Source: a plasmid. From it: a stretch of 64,000 nucleotides of DNA. The stretch lies in the sequence record NZ_CP119397.1, one strand, 5' to 3'. Made by a program: the position numbers and the translations under genes. The notes under the pieces are model-generated. The model ran no database searches and had not been told where the DNA came from. It saw only the letters and a program-made list of their open reading frames with translations. Shown here piece after piece: positions 31,470 to 41,391 of the stretch (position 1 is the first letter of the stretch; every line of letters begins with the position of its first letter).

Positions 31470-32126
31470 CTAGGTGCGGGTGAGTGCGTTATTTTCCTGC
31501 TGCTCAAGGGCCGATTTCGCCACCTGATAACAGGCATTCACATGGGCATTGCCCACATATTTCATGGCGGTAAAACCAATGCCCGCGGCAATAATCTGGC
31601 CGGCGAACGGCACATATTTTACCAGTTGCTTTGAGGCCATTTTCACGCCCACTTTTTTCAGCAGCCTGATCACCAAATCACGGGTAATTGAATGCCCGAT
31701 CACCTTGGAGCCAATGCTGCCGGCAGTGGTCAGCACCAGGGCTTTGGTGGTTGGGTCCAGCGCCTCGATATCCGCTTCTGACAGCTCAAACTTCTTGCTG
31801 ATCGCCGGTAACATCTCCAGCAAAATCGCGGCATCGGAGCCGACATCGATCCCCGGCAGCGGCACGGCAGACGCCACCCCCGAAAGTGATGAACGGCGGG
31901 TGACCAGGCGATAGCAGTCATCACGGACTTTATTGAGTTCTTCCATTGTCTTGATCATGCGGGCACCCCGTTTTGCGTCAACATGGAAATAAGTATAGCT
32001 AAGGTTCTGGTTTTCCGCGTTTTCCGGCGTTTCGCCTGATGTTTTTTCGCGCATTTTTATCGGGCGTGCGGTGTGCGGCGGCTGAAAGGCGAGCTGCATA
32101 CTGCTTAAAAAATATTCATCGCGCAA
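31470..32126 (-). CDS. Hypothetical protein (possible membrane-associated DUF697-like)
   Basis: 218-aa ORF with a hydrophobic C-terminal segment (VPFAGQIIAAGIGFTAMKYVG). The real start may be the internal MIKTMEEL. Confidence 0.4.
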   Translation of the reverse strand: MRDEYFLSSMQLAFQPPHTARPIKMREKTSGETPENAENQNLSYTYFHVDAKRGARMIKTMEELNKVRDDCYRLVTRRSSLSGVASAVPLPGIDVGSDAAILLEMLPAISKKFELSEADIEALDPTTKALVLTTAGSIGSKVIGHSITRDLVIRLLKKVGVKMASKQLVKYVPFAGQIIAAGIGFTAMKYVGNAHVNACYQVAKSALEQQENNALTRT

Positions 32127-32202
32127 CGGCCCGTTGCCTCTTGCCCGCTGTATTTATTTACAGTAATTTAGTGGTTTGACTACCCCCCACCGTGAAGACA
32201 CT

Positions 32203-32982
32203 ATGATTTACCTTAAATGGTTTAGTCTCTGTTACCTTTGTATCGTCTTTTTATCACTGGGATATAGCTTTGCCAGAGCCTCGCAGGACAGGGAAACCCC
32301 GGCCGCCCAGAGCTGGGCGAGCGCCCGCCGCGACTCCGCCCGCCTGGCGCCGGACCCGGCCGCATTCAGTAAAATCGCCATTGTGCAAGTCTATGCCGCA
32401 CCCACCTATGGCTGGCGCGGGAAGGTGGCGCTGCACCCGTGGATCATCTTTAAACGGGCGGGTGAAACCCAATACACTCGCTACGATGTGATCGGCTGGG
32501 GCGGCAATAATGTGGTGCGTCGTAACTACGCGATCCCGGACGGCTTCTGGTTCGGCTCACAGCCTGCGCTGCTGGCCTCCCATCAGGGCGTGGATGCTGA
32601 AGCGATGATCCCGCGGATTGAGGCGGCTATCGAACGTTATCCGTTCCCGCACACCTATCACGCCTGGCCCGGCCCCAACAGCAACACCTTTATGGCGCAC
32701 ATTGGCCGGGAAGTGCCTGAACTGGCGCTGGATCTGCCGTCCAATGCCATCGGCAAGGATTACCGGCCGCTGCTTAGCCCGGTAGGGCTGCCGCCTTCCG
32801 GCCGGGGGGTGCAGGTGTCGTTGCTGGGCGTGCTCGGCGTCACGGCCGGGGCGCAGGAAGGGCTGGAGTTCAACATCCTGGGCCTGAACCTTGGGGTGGA
32901 CATCGCTTCGCCGGCGCTGCGCTTGCCGTTTATCGGCCGTGTCGGCTTCACCGGTACACCGGCCGTGGCCGGGAAGGAATAA
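32203..32982 (+). CDS. DUF3750-family membrane-anchored protein
   Basis: N-terminal TM helix, then a conserved WRGKVALHPWIIFKRAGETQYTRYDVIGWGG region remembered as DUF3750. Confidence 0.5.
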   Translation: MIYLKWFSLCYLCIVFLSLGYSFARASQDRETPAAQSWASARRDSARLAPDPAAFSKIAIVQVYAAPTYGWRGKVALHPWIIFKRAGETQYTRYDVIGWGGNNVVRRNYAIPDGFWFGSQPALLASHQGVDAEAMIPRIEAAIERYPFPHTYHAWPGPNSNTFMAHIGREVPELALDLPSNAIGKDYRPLLSPVGLPPSGRGVQVSLLGVLGVTAGAQEGLEFNILGLNLGVDIASPALRLPFIGRVGFTGTPAVAGKE

Positions 32983-33062
32983 CGCCGGGCAGCCTTTTCT
33001 GCGCGGCTTTCCCCCAACTCCCTGTGAGCTGTTACACTTATATCACGTTCACAGGGGGTATA

Positions 33063-34031
33063 ATGAAACTAGGCTTTGCATGTAAATATCTTGATTCTGA
33101 CCTGAAACAGGCTTACCCGTTCCGGGCCACCACCCGCAAGCGTTTTCTCAGTTTACCTGCTGAAGAACAGAAAAAGCTGATTTATGATCTCTCCGTGGTT
33201 AATTTAACCAACCTCTATTTAACGCTGGAGCAATTGGCTTTATTACCGGAAGCCTTAAGGATGATGCGCATCGGCAGCGATCTTTTGCCGTTATATACCG
33301 TACCGGAAGCCACGCCGATATATAATGATTTCCTGCCGGAGCTATACCCGTTATTTACCCGCTGCGGCGAGATTGCCCGGCAGTATAATATCCGGCTCTC
33401 TTTCCACCCTGGGCAATATTCAGTGCTGGCATCGGATACGCCATTGGTGGTCGAGCGGGCGATTGAGGATGTCGAATACCATGCGCTGTGCGCAACCTTA
33501 ATGGGGTACGGCAAAACCTTCCAGGATTTTAAAATCAATATCCATATGAATGGCCGGAAAGGGTTTGCAGGATTCCAGGCAGCATTCGGGCAGCTCAGCG
33601 AAGCCGCGAGGCGGATGCTGACAGTGGAAAATGATGAGATCTCCTGCTCGCTGGATGACGTGCTGCAAGCGGCCCCTCTCTGCCCGATCGTGCTGGACAT
33701 CCACCACCACTGGGTAAAAGAGAATGAATTCATTATGCCGGATGATCCGCGCGTGGCGCAGGTGATTGCCTCCTGGCGCGGCGTCAGGCCGGTGCTGCAC
33801 TACTCCATTTCGCAGGAAGGCCTGATCCCGGAGCAGGGTTTCCCGGACCAGCTGGTGCTGGGGCTGCCAAAGACCAAACTGCGGGCGCACTCCGATTACT
33901 ACTTCAATAACACCCTGAATGACTGGGCGCTGTCGTTTGGTGAGTTCGACATTATGTGTGAGGTGAAAATGAAAAACCTCGCCAGAGACGGGCTGTATAA
34001 CCACGCGCAACGCCGCGGGATCATCCAGTAA
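33063..34031 (+). CDS. uvsE: UV-damage endonuclease (UvdE/UvsE family)
   Basis: MKLGFACKYL start, HPGQYSVLAS, and the INIHMNG and IVLDIHHHW metal-ligand motifs typical of UVDE. Confidence 0.7.
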   Translation: MKLGFACKYLDSDLKQAYPFRATTRKRFLSLPAEEQKKLIYDLSVVNLTNLYLTLEQLALLPEALRMMRIGSDLLPLYTVPEATPIYNDFLPELYPLFTRCGEIARQYNIRLSFHPGQYSVLASDTPLVVERAIEDVEYHALCATLMGYGKTFQDFKINIHMNGRKGFAGFQAAFGQLSEAARRMLTVENDEISCSLDDVLQAAPLCPIVLDIHHHWVKENEFIMPDDPRVAQVIASWRGVRPVLHYSISQEGLIPEQGFPDQLVLGLPKTKLRAHSDYYFNNTLNDWALSFGEFDIMCEVKMKNLARDGLYNHAQRRGIIQ

Positions 34032-34075
34032 TGCCCCACCGGGCCGACGCCGTGTCAGCCCGGTGGCCTGCGCCG

Positions 34076-35293
34076 TTACTCAACGGCGATCGGTTTTTCG
34101 TCCACCTGGACTTTCTCGTCACCCTGAATCCGGGTGATCCGCTGTTCCACCTGCTTCACCGCGTCAGCATCTTTCAGCAGTGAGTAGGTCAGCACAAATT
34201 CAGTGCTCTGCCCCGGCTGCAACTGCTTCACCCGGCCCTGCTCTTTCTCAATTGTCACCGGGTAGGCGTAGTTGGTGCCCGGCTCAATGCCGGTTACGTA
34301 GCCCTGCTTCTGGGTATCGGTGTTCTTCCACATCGTCAGCAGCGGCAACTGGCGGGTATCAAACTCAATTGCGGCACCTTTGTCCCCTTTGCTGTTCACC
34401 ACGGCCGCCACGGTTTTGCTGTTGCTGTCCGCTTTCGGCACCAGGTTAAACACCATTTCATCGAAATCTTTGGTCGGCGCGCCGTAGACATTCCAGTCCG
34501 CCAGCCCTTTTTTCGCATAGTCATTGAACGGCGACACCGATTTCAGCGGGGCCAGGAAACGCGCGTCTTTTTCCAGGATCGGCATCCCGAAGTTGCTGTG
34601 ATAAATAATCTGATAATCATGCGGATAGTCCGCTTTATTGGTCAGCACATCATGAAGGGTGAAGGAGTCCGCGCCCGGCACGTAGCGCAGCTCCGTCCAG
34701 GTTTCGAGTTTGGCTTTTTTAAATGTCGTCTCTTTCAGCAGGCCCCGGATACGGATTTCATGCGGTGCCTGGTCATCGACAATCACTTCGACTTTTGAGG
34801 CCGGGGTGTTGCCCGCTTTGCCGTGCAGGGTGTAGATCATGCCGTCTTTGGTGACCGGGTGGCCGGTCCACTCAAAGCCGCAACGCACCATCATCTCATT
34901 GAACCCTTCCAGCCAGCCCAGCCCGTTGCGGCTCTCCAGGTTGATATAGGCGGGGTTAACCACTTCATCCACCGGCGAATCCCAGCCGAGGCGCACGCCG
35001 TGGCCGTTCACATGCAACAGATCCATGCCGCGGGTCGGGCTGAGGGCGATGGTCAGGCCGTTTTCACTGGTGAGGGTCAGCACTTTTGAGCCTTCCTGCT
35101 TGCCGCCATGCAACACTTTCTGTTGCAGGCTGAAGGGCTCACCCGACAATTTCAGCTGTTGGCTGCTGACCTGCCAGTTTCCCAGCTCGGTACTGCTTTC
35201 AGCATCTGTCAGCACCCAGCTTTGTGCCGCCGCCTGCCCACTGATTGCCGCCATGATCATCCCTGCCAGACACGCTTTTTTCATTTTCTTCAC
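34076..35293 (-). CDS. Periplasmic galactose-mutarotase-like (DUF4432-type) protein
   Basis: Signal peptide (MKKMKKACLAGMIMAAISGQAAAQ). 405 aa with a beta-rich aldose-epimerase-like composition. Family assignment is tentative. Confidence 0.45.
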   Translation of the reverse strand: MKKMKKACLAGMIMAAISGQAAAQSWVLTDAESSTELGNWQVSSQQLKLSGEPFSLQQKVLHGGKQEGSKVLTLTSENGLTIALSPTRGMDLLHVNGHGVRLGWDSPVDEVVNPAYINLESRNGLGWLEGFNEMMVRCGFEWTGHPVTKDGMIYTLHGKAGNTPASKVEVIVDDQAPHEIRIRGLLKETTFKKAKLETWTELRYVPGADSFTLHDVLTNKADYPHDYQIIYHSNFGMPILEKDARFLAPLKSVSPFNDYAKKGLADWNVYGAPTKDFDEMVFNLVPKADSNSKTVAAVVNSKGDKGAAIEFDTRQLPLLTMWKNTDTQKQGYVTGIEPGTNYAYPVTIEKEQGRVKQLQPGQSTEFVLTYSLLKDADAVKQVEQRITRIQGDEKVQVDEKPIAVE

Positions 35294-35599
35294 CCTGTTG
35301 CTGAATTGATTTAGCTAACGAGCCGCAAGAGTACAAACAGCGGCCGGTGGAAAACGTGACTGGCATCACCGCACCCGGTATCCGGGCATTTTAGCGCTGA
35401 TAAACGTGAATGGTGTCACTTAACACCCTGAATCATTACTTTTTTGCAGCACTTTCTGTAACGTAAATCACTCTTTATTCACAGGATATTAAAACGATTC
35501 AGCCCGCTATCGCTGTTCGCGGCGGGCTTTCCCTGATGCGGATAACCGGCAATAAATGTTGATTAATCCGTTATATAAAGCCCGCAGGCCTGAAGGGCA

Positions 35600-35966
35600 C
35601 TAATCCGGTATACAGACCCGCAGCCGGTGGCCGTCCGGGTCACACGCCACAAAGGTTCGGCCAAATACCGCATCATGCGGCGGCTGTTCAATCTCCACCC
35701 CCAGCCCGGCCCAGCGGGCGTACAGCGCCTCAACCTCCTGCCGGTCTTTTACCATAATGCTCAGTTCGGTGGCCGGGCCGGGGCCACCTGAGGCAAAATC
35801 CCTGGCATGGGTCGACCACAGCCCCAGATGCAGGCCATTGTCAAAAGCAAAGGCGGCCCAGGTCGGCAGCACGACCTCGGGCGCGCGCTCAAACAATTTT
35901 TCATAAAAGGCACTGCTCGCCGGTGGGCTGGCAACATAGAGAATGAACAGGTTCGGCATTATCATG
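35600..35966 (-). CDS. VOC-family (glyoxalase/bleomycin-resistance fold) protein
   Basis: About 120-aa ORF with a typical VOC module (LGLWSTHARD ... FVACDPDGHRLRV). Confidence 0.6.
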
Positions 35967-36021
35967 GGGTTTTCTCCTTCAGGAATGGAGGCCACACTCT
36001 GTCACGGAGCAATGACAAAAC

Positions 36022-36729
36022 ATGTCAGCATCAGGCATTAACCGGGCGGAACGCCTGTTGAACCTGCTTCAGCATTTACGCCGCCGTCGTTACCCGGTCA
36101 GCGGGCAGCAGCTTGCCGGGGAACTGGGCATCAGCCTGCGTACCCTCTACCGGGATATCGCCTCCCTCAACGCGCAGGGCGCGGACATCCGCGGCGAAGC
36201 CGGGCTGGGCTACGTCCTGCATGCCGATAACCTGCTGCCGCCGATGATGTTTTCCCGTGATGAGATGGATGCGCTGCTGCTCGGCATCCATTGGGTGACG
36301 CGGCACGGCGACCCGGCCTTAAGCCTCGCCGCCCAGGATGCGCTGGCAAAAATTCACGCGGTGCTGCCGGAATGCGCCCGGCAGTCGGTGCATTCGCAAA
36401 GTGTGTTGGCCGGCCCGCCTGAACAGCCGGTGTCGACACGGTTCCAGGCTGAACTGCGCGAGGCGATCCACGGCCGCTATAAAGTGGCACTGATATACCG
36501 GACGGCGCAGGCTGAGGCGTCAGAGCGGGTGATCTGGCCGGTGACATTGGGCTATTTTGATGCTGCCACCCTACTGGTGGGCTGGTGTGAGTTGCGCCAG
36601 GCTTTCCGCCACTTCAGAACCGACAGAATAGACGCGCTGAGAGTGCTGGCGCAGCGCTACCCCAGCTCCCACCCGGCGCTGCTGCAGGCGTGGAAAACAC
36701 AACAGGGGATTGTAGTGGATGGGCCGTAG
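36022..36729 (+). CDS. YafY-family transcriptional regulator (HTH + WYL domain)
   Basis: N-terminal RAERLLNLLQHLRRRRYPVSGQQLAGELGISLRTLYRDI is the DeoR-like HTH of YafY/WYL regulators. Confidence 0.75.
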   Translation: MSASGINRAERLLNLLQHLRRRRYPVSGQQLAGELGISLRTLYRDIASLNAQGADIRGEAGLGYVLHADNLLPPMMFSRDEMDALLLGIHWVTRHGDPALSLAAQDALAKIHAVLPECARQSVHSQSVLAGPPEQPVSTRFQAELREAIHGRYKVALIYRTAQAEASERVIWPVTLGYFDAATLLVGWCELRQAFRHFRTDRIDALRVLAQRYPSSHPALLQAWKTQQGIVVDGP

Positions 36730-36773
36730 CCGCATGGCCGCCCTGCGGCTGGTCACAGGGCGGCCTGACAGGA

Positions 36774-37871
36774 TCAGGACGGCAGCTCACTCTCTTTAAT
36801 GTCGGCGATTGGGCCGAGGATATCGCGGTTGAAATCACGCAGCGGCTCGCCCTGGCGGACGCGCTCAGGCCAGTCGTGGTTAGCCAGCGCGCCGCGGCCC
36901 AGTGCGATCAAATTCGCGCCCTGTTGCAGGCTTAGTTCCGCTTCCGCTACCTGATGCAGGCTGCCGTTGGCTATCAGCGTTACACCCGGCGCGAATTTAC
37001 GCGCCAGCGCCACCAGCGACAGCGGGTTGTCAGCAAACGCCGGCTTCCACGCCTCGTACTCCGTGAGGTGGATATAATCCACGCCAGACGCCGCCAGCAG
37101 CGTGAACACCGTGCAGGCATCCTCTTCGCCGTTCGCCCATTTATGGTGGAAATCATTCACCTTGCCCTGCGAAATGCGGATCCCGACCGGGATATCCTGG
37201 CCCACGCGGGCGCGGACAGCCTTGATCACCTCGAGGATCACGCGCAAACGCCCGGCGGTGTCACCGCCCCAGGCGTCGGTGCGCAGGTTGGTGTGCGCCG
37301 TCAGGAACTGGTCGAGCAAATAGCCGTTTGCGCCGTGAATTTCCACCCCGTCAAAGCCCGCTTCACGCACAGCCCGCTCTGCGGCATCGGCAAAATGCGT
37401 GATGATCGCCTGAATCTCTGCTTCCTCCAGTGCGCGCGGCACCGGGTAACGCCCCTCGCCGCGGTAAAAAGTGAGCTGCTCCCCGGCGGGCTGTACCGCT
37501 GAAGGGGCGACGCTGCCTGAACGGTGGGCGTTCCCTTGCGACAACGCACCGGCATGCTGGATCTGGGCAATGATCCGGCTGCCCTGCGCGTGGACGGCGT
37601 CGGTAATGCTGCGCCAGGCACCCGCCTGTTTGCTGGTGACCATGCCTGACTGGAACGCGTAAGTCTGCGACCATTCTGCGTCGATATAGATGCCTTCGCT
37701 GATCACCAGGCCAAAGCCGCCACGGGCGAAGTCCTGGTAATAGGCTTTCATCCGTTCACTGGCGATGCCGTCTTCCGAGGCGCTGACGCGGGTCATGGGC
37801 GCGACCACCAGGCGGTTTTTAAGCGGGCGGCCGTTCAGGATGAAGGGGCTGAAAAGGGGTGAAGCAGTCAT
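36774..37871 (-). CDS. NADH:flavin oxidoreductase, Old Yellow Enzyme family
   Basis: MTASPLFSPFILNGRPLKNRLVVAPMTRVSA is the OYE TIM-barrel N-terminus. Start refined to ATG 37871. Confidence 0.8.
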   Translation of the reverse strand: MTASPLFSPFILNGRPLKNRLVVAPMTRVSASEDGIASERMKAYYQDFARGGFGLVISEGIYIDAEWSQTYAFQSGMVTSKQAGAWRSITDAVHAQGSRIIAQIQHAGALSQGNAHRSGSVAPSAVQPAGEQLTFYRGEGRYPVPRALEEAEIQAIITHFADAAERAVREAGFDGVEIHGANGYLLDQFLTAHTNLRTDAWGGDTAGRLRVILEVIKAVRARVGQDIPVGIRISQGKVNDFHHKWANGEEDACTVFTLLAASGVDYIHLTEYEAWKPAFADNPLSLVALARKFAPGVTLIANGSLHQVAEAELSLQQGANLIALGRGALANHDWPERVRQGEPLRDFNRDILGPIADIKESELPS

Positions 37872-38016
37872 GGTGTCTCCAGGGGTCTGATTTATCTCTC
37901 CCTGCAATATAATCCGTCCCGATCCCCGTTTGAATCTCCTATCCGGATAGGCCGGTATAACCTTTCACGTTATACTGGCCGCTCTTACCCTGTGATCTCC
38001 GGGAGCGTGTGACAAG

Positions 38017-38904
38017 ATGAACCTCAGCGATGTGCACCTGTTTCTGGTGATCGCCGAAAGCGGCAGTATGGCGCAGGCTGCGCGCCGCCTTAACCTGTCG
38101 CCGATGTCCGTTTCACGGCGGCTGGCGCTGCTGGAACACGAAGTGGGCAAGCGGCTGATCCAGCGCACCACCCGCGCCCTGTCGCTGACGCAGGAGGGCG
38201 AAGAGTTTATCCCTTACGCCAGGGTGATGACGGACGCCGAAGCCAGCGCCAAGGCCCTGTTTATGCCGGAAGCGCAGGGCGCGGGCGGGCTGTTGCGCAT
38301 CACAGCCCCTTCCGGGTTAGGCCGCCGGACGATAGTGCCGCTGATCCCCGATCTGCTGCTGAATAACCCGGAAATGCGGGTCGATTTGCAGCTCAATGAT
38401 GAAGTGGTGGACATCGTCAGCCGCGGTATTGATGTGGCCGTCCGGGTCGCCCCACTGCGGGACTCCAGCCTGGTGGCGCGGAAAATCGCGGATAACCCGC
38501 GCATCCTGTGCGCCTCGCCTGAGTACCTCGCCCGCCACGGCAAGCCGGGCGTCCTCAGCGATCTCCGCGCCCATAACTGCCTCAGGCTGACCAACGTGCT
38601 GAACTGGTCATTCGAGGTGGACAGGCAGATCATCAGCCACAGCGTGGACGGGCGCTTCACGTCCAGTAACGTTGAGGGCATCAGGGCGTTATGCATTCAG
38701 GGGCTGGGGCTTTCCCAGCTGACGTACTGGGATGTGAAAGAGGAGTTAAGCCAGGGCAGCCTGGTTGAGATTGCGTTGGGTGATGCCGCCCCGCAGCCGC
38801 TCTCCATCTGGGCCGTGTTACCCACCGCGCGTTATCTGCCGCGCCGGGTGACGCTGTTTATCGACGCCCTGAAAACCGCGCTGAGGCCGGTGGCCGGGGT
38901 ATAG
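38017..38904 (+). CDS. LysR-family transcriptional regulator
   Basis: LysR HTH. Divergent from the OYE gene. Confidence 0.85.
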   Translation: MNLSDVHLFLVIAESGSMAQAARRLNLSPMSVSRRLALLEHEVGKRLIQRTTRALSLTQEGEEFIPYARVMTDAEASAKALFMPEAQGAGGLLRITAPSGLGRRTIVPLIPDLLLNNPEMRVDLQLNDEVVDIVSRGIDVAVRVAPLRDSSLVARKIADNPRILCASPEYLARHGKPGVLSDLRAHNCLRLTNVLNWSFEVDRQIISHSVDGRFTSSNVEGIRALCIQGLGLSQLTYWDVKEELSQGSLVEIALGDAAPQPLSIWAVLPTARYLPRRVTLFIDALKTALRPVAGV

Positions 38905-38993
38905 CCGAAAGTTGACTAAAATCAGGGATATCGTGAATCCCCGGCTGGTGCGTAAGGCGCTACCCTACAACAAACCACACAAAGGGCAATCGG

Positions 38994-40178
38994 ATGAAAA
39001 AGGTAGTCATCGCGCTGGCGATGGGGGCATTCGGGCTGGGTATGGCCGAATTCGGCATGATGGGCGTATTGACGGAGCTGGCGCACGACGTGCAGATCCC
39101 GATCCCTGACGCCGGGAATATGATTTCGTTTTACGCGCTCGGCGTGGTCATCGGCGCGCCGGTGATGGCGCTGGTTTCCAATAAGTTCTCGCTGAAAAGC
39201 CAGTTGCTGTTTCTGGTGGCGCTGTGCGTGCTCGGCAATGCGCTGTTCGCCTGCTCCTCCTCCTATCTGATGCTGGTGGTCAGCCGGCTGCTGTCGGGCT
39301 TTCCGCACGGGGCCTTCTTTGGCGTCGGGGCGATTATGCTGACGAAAGTCGCCCGCCCCGGCAGGGTCACCGCCGCGGTGGCGGGCATGGTCTCGGGGAT
39401 GACGCTGGCGAACCTGGTCGGCATTCCGCTCGGCACCTGGCTGAGCCATGAATTCAGCTGGCGCGCGCCGTTTTTGCTGATTGCGGCGTTCTTCCTCGCG
39501 GTATTGCTGGCGGTGATACGCTGGATCCCCACGCTCTCGGACACCTCCACGGCCAAACTCCGCGAACAGTTCCGGTTTTTGAAATCACCCGCGCCCTGGC
39601 TGATCTTTCTGGCCACCCTGTTGGGTAACGCCGGGGTGTTTGCCTGGTTCAGCTACATCAAACCGGTGATGCTGGGTGTCTCCGGCTTCGCGGAAGCGGC
39701 GATGCCGGCCATTATGATGCTGGCCGGGCTGGGCATGGTGCTGGGGAACCTGGCAAGTGCCCGATTATCTGCCCGTGTCCCGCCGCTGCGTATCGCGGTG
39801 ATTACCGACCTGGTGATTGTTATCTCGCTGGTGATGATTTTCTTCTTCTCCGCGCACCAGGCGGCCTCGCTCAGCTTCGCGTTTATCAGCTGCGCCGGGC
39901 TGTTTGCGCTCTCGGCACCGCTGCAAATCCTGCTGCTGCAAAATGCGAAAGGCGGTGAGATGCTCGGCGCGGCGGGCGGTCAGATCGCCTTCAACCTCGG
40001 CAGCGCGCTGGGCGCGTTCTGCGGCGGGCTGATGATCACCCTGGATTTCGCGTACAACTACGTCGCCCTGCCGGCGGCGCTGCTGTCGCTGTCGGCCATG
40101 CTGTCGTTAATGCTGTATGGGCGTTTGACTACCCCAAACCGCACAAATATCAACTCGCCGGCGCAGGAAAGGCACTAG
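38994..40178 (+). CDS. MFS transporter (DHA1-like efflux family)
   Basis: 394 aa with 12 predicted TM segments. N-terminus resembles YdhP/NepI-type MFS proteins. Confidence 0.75.
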   Translation: MKKVVIALAMGAFGLGMAEFGMMGVLTELAHDVQIPIPDAGNMISFYALGVVIGAPVMALVSNKFSLKSQLLFLVALCVLGNALFACSSSYLMLVVSRLLSGFPHGAFFGVGAIMLTKVARPGRVTAAVAGMVSGMTLANLVGIPLGTWLSHEFSWRAPFLLIAAFFLAVLLAVIRWIPTLSDTSTAKLREQFRFLKSPAPWLIFLATLLGNAGVFAWFSYIKPVMLGVSGFAEAAMPAIMMLAGLGMVLGNLASARLSARVPPLRIAVITDLVIVISLVMIFFFSAHQAASLSFAFISCAGLFALSAPLQILLLQNAKGGEMLGAAGGQIAFNLGSALGAFCGGLMITLDFAYNYVALPAALLSLSAMLSLMLYGRLTTPNRTNINSPAQERH

Positions 40179-40237
40179 GCTGTTTGCCCTTGCCCATTTC
40201 ATCGGGCACGCTATTTCATGACAAAGAGAAGATAACG

Positions 40238-41338
40238 ATGGCTCAGCTATTTACACCGTTCACGCTGAAAAGCGTGACACTCAAAAACCGTATTGCCGTA
40301 CCCCCGATGTGCCAATACTCGGCGGTTGACGGTCTGGTAAATGACTGGCACCGGGTACACTACGCCGGGCTGGCACGCGGCGGCGCGGGTCTGGTGATCG
40401 TCGAGGCAACTGCGGTGGCCCCGGAAGGGCGCATCACCCCAGGGGATCTCGGCATCTGGAATGATGAGCAGGCGGCAGAGCTGGCGAACATCGCCAAAGC
40501 AATCAAAGAGGCGGGTGCCGTGCCGGGCATCCAGATCGCCCATGCCGGGCGTAAAGCCAGCGCGAATGCGCCGTGGGAAGGCGACGACCATATCCCGGAA
40601 GGCGATGCCCGTGGCTGGGAAACCCTGTCACCGTCTGCGGTCGCGTTCGGCAAAAACCTGCCGAAAGTGCCGAAAGCCATGACCAAAGCGGACATCCAGC
40701 GCGTCACGGAGGATTTCGTGGCAGCCGCGCGCCGCGCGCGTGATGCCGGGTTCGAGTGGCTGGAACTGCACTTCGCCCACGGCTATCTGGCACAGAGCTT
40801 CTTCTCAGTGCACGCCAACCAGCGTACCGACGAATACGGCGGTGATTTCACCGGCCGCAGCCGCTTCCTGATTGAAACCTTCGACGCCGTGCGCGCCGAG
40901 TGGCCGCAGGATCTGCCGCTGACCGCCCGTTTTGGTGTGATTGAGTATGACGGCCGCGACGAGGAAACCCTGTCGGAGGCGATTGCCCTGACCAACATCC
41001 TGCGCGAAAAAGGGCTGGATATGCTGAACGTCAGCGTCGGCTTCTCCACGCCGGACAGCAACATTCCGTGGGGGCCGGGCTTCCTGGCACCGGTGGCCCG
41101 CCGTGTTCGCAACGAAGCAGACCTGCCGGTTGCCTCCTCCTGGGGCGTGGAAGCGGCTTCCGTTGCGGAACGCTGCATTGCCGAAGGGGATATGGACCTG
41201 GTGATGATTGGCCGCGCCATGCTGGCTGACCCGCACTACAGCTACCGTCTGGCGCAGCAACTCCAGGTGGAGAAACCCTCCTGGGTGCTGCCGGCCCCTT
41301 ACGCACACTGGCTGGAACGTTACCGGATCGGCGAGTAA
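40238..41338 (+). CDS. NADH:flavin oxidoreductase, Old Yellow Enzyme family (YqjM/NamA type)
   Basis: MAQLFTPFTLKSVTLKNRIAVPPMCQYSA and GxHxAHGYL (LELHFAHGYLAQSF) motifs. Confidence 0.85.
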   Translation: MAQLFTPFTLKSVTLKNRIAVPPMCQYSAVDGLVNDWHRVHYAGLARGGAGLVIVEATAVAPEGRITPGDLGIWNDEQAAELANIAKAIKEAGAVPGIQIAHAGRKASANAPWEGDDHIPEGDARGWETLSPSAVAFGKNLPKVPKAMTKADIQRVTEDFVAAARRARDAGFEWLELHFAHGYLAQSFFSVHANQRTDEYGGDFTGRSRFLIETFDAVRAEWPQDLPLTARFGVIEYDGRDEETLSEAIALTNILREKGLDMLNVSVGFSTPDSNIPWGPGFLAPVARRVRNEADLPVASSWGVEAASVAERCIAEGDMDLVMIGRAMLADPHYSYRLAQQLQVEKPSWVLPAPYAHWLERYRIGE

Positions 41339-41359
41339 TCGCCGCGATACGTGTATGCA

Positions 41360-41386
41360 GGGCGGCCGGTGGCCGCCCTTTTTTTT
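41360..41386 (+). terminator. Rho-independent terminator after the OYE gene
   Basis: gggcggcc-ggt-ggccgccc followed by T8. Confidence 0.75.
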
Positions 41387-41391
41387 CGCCG

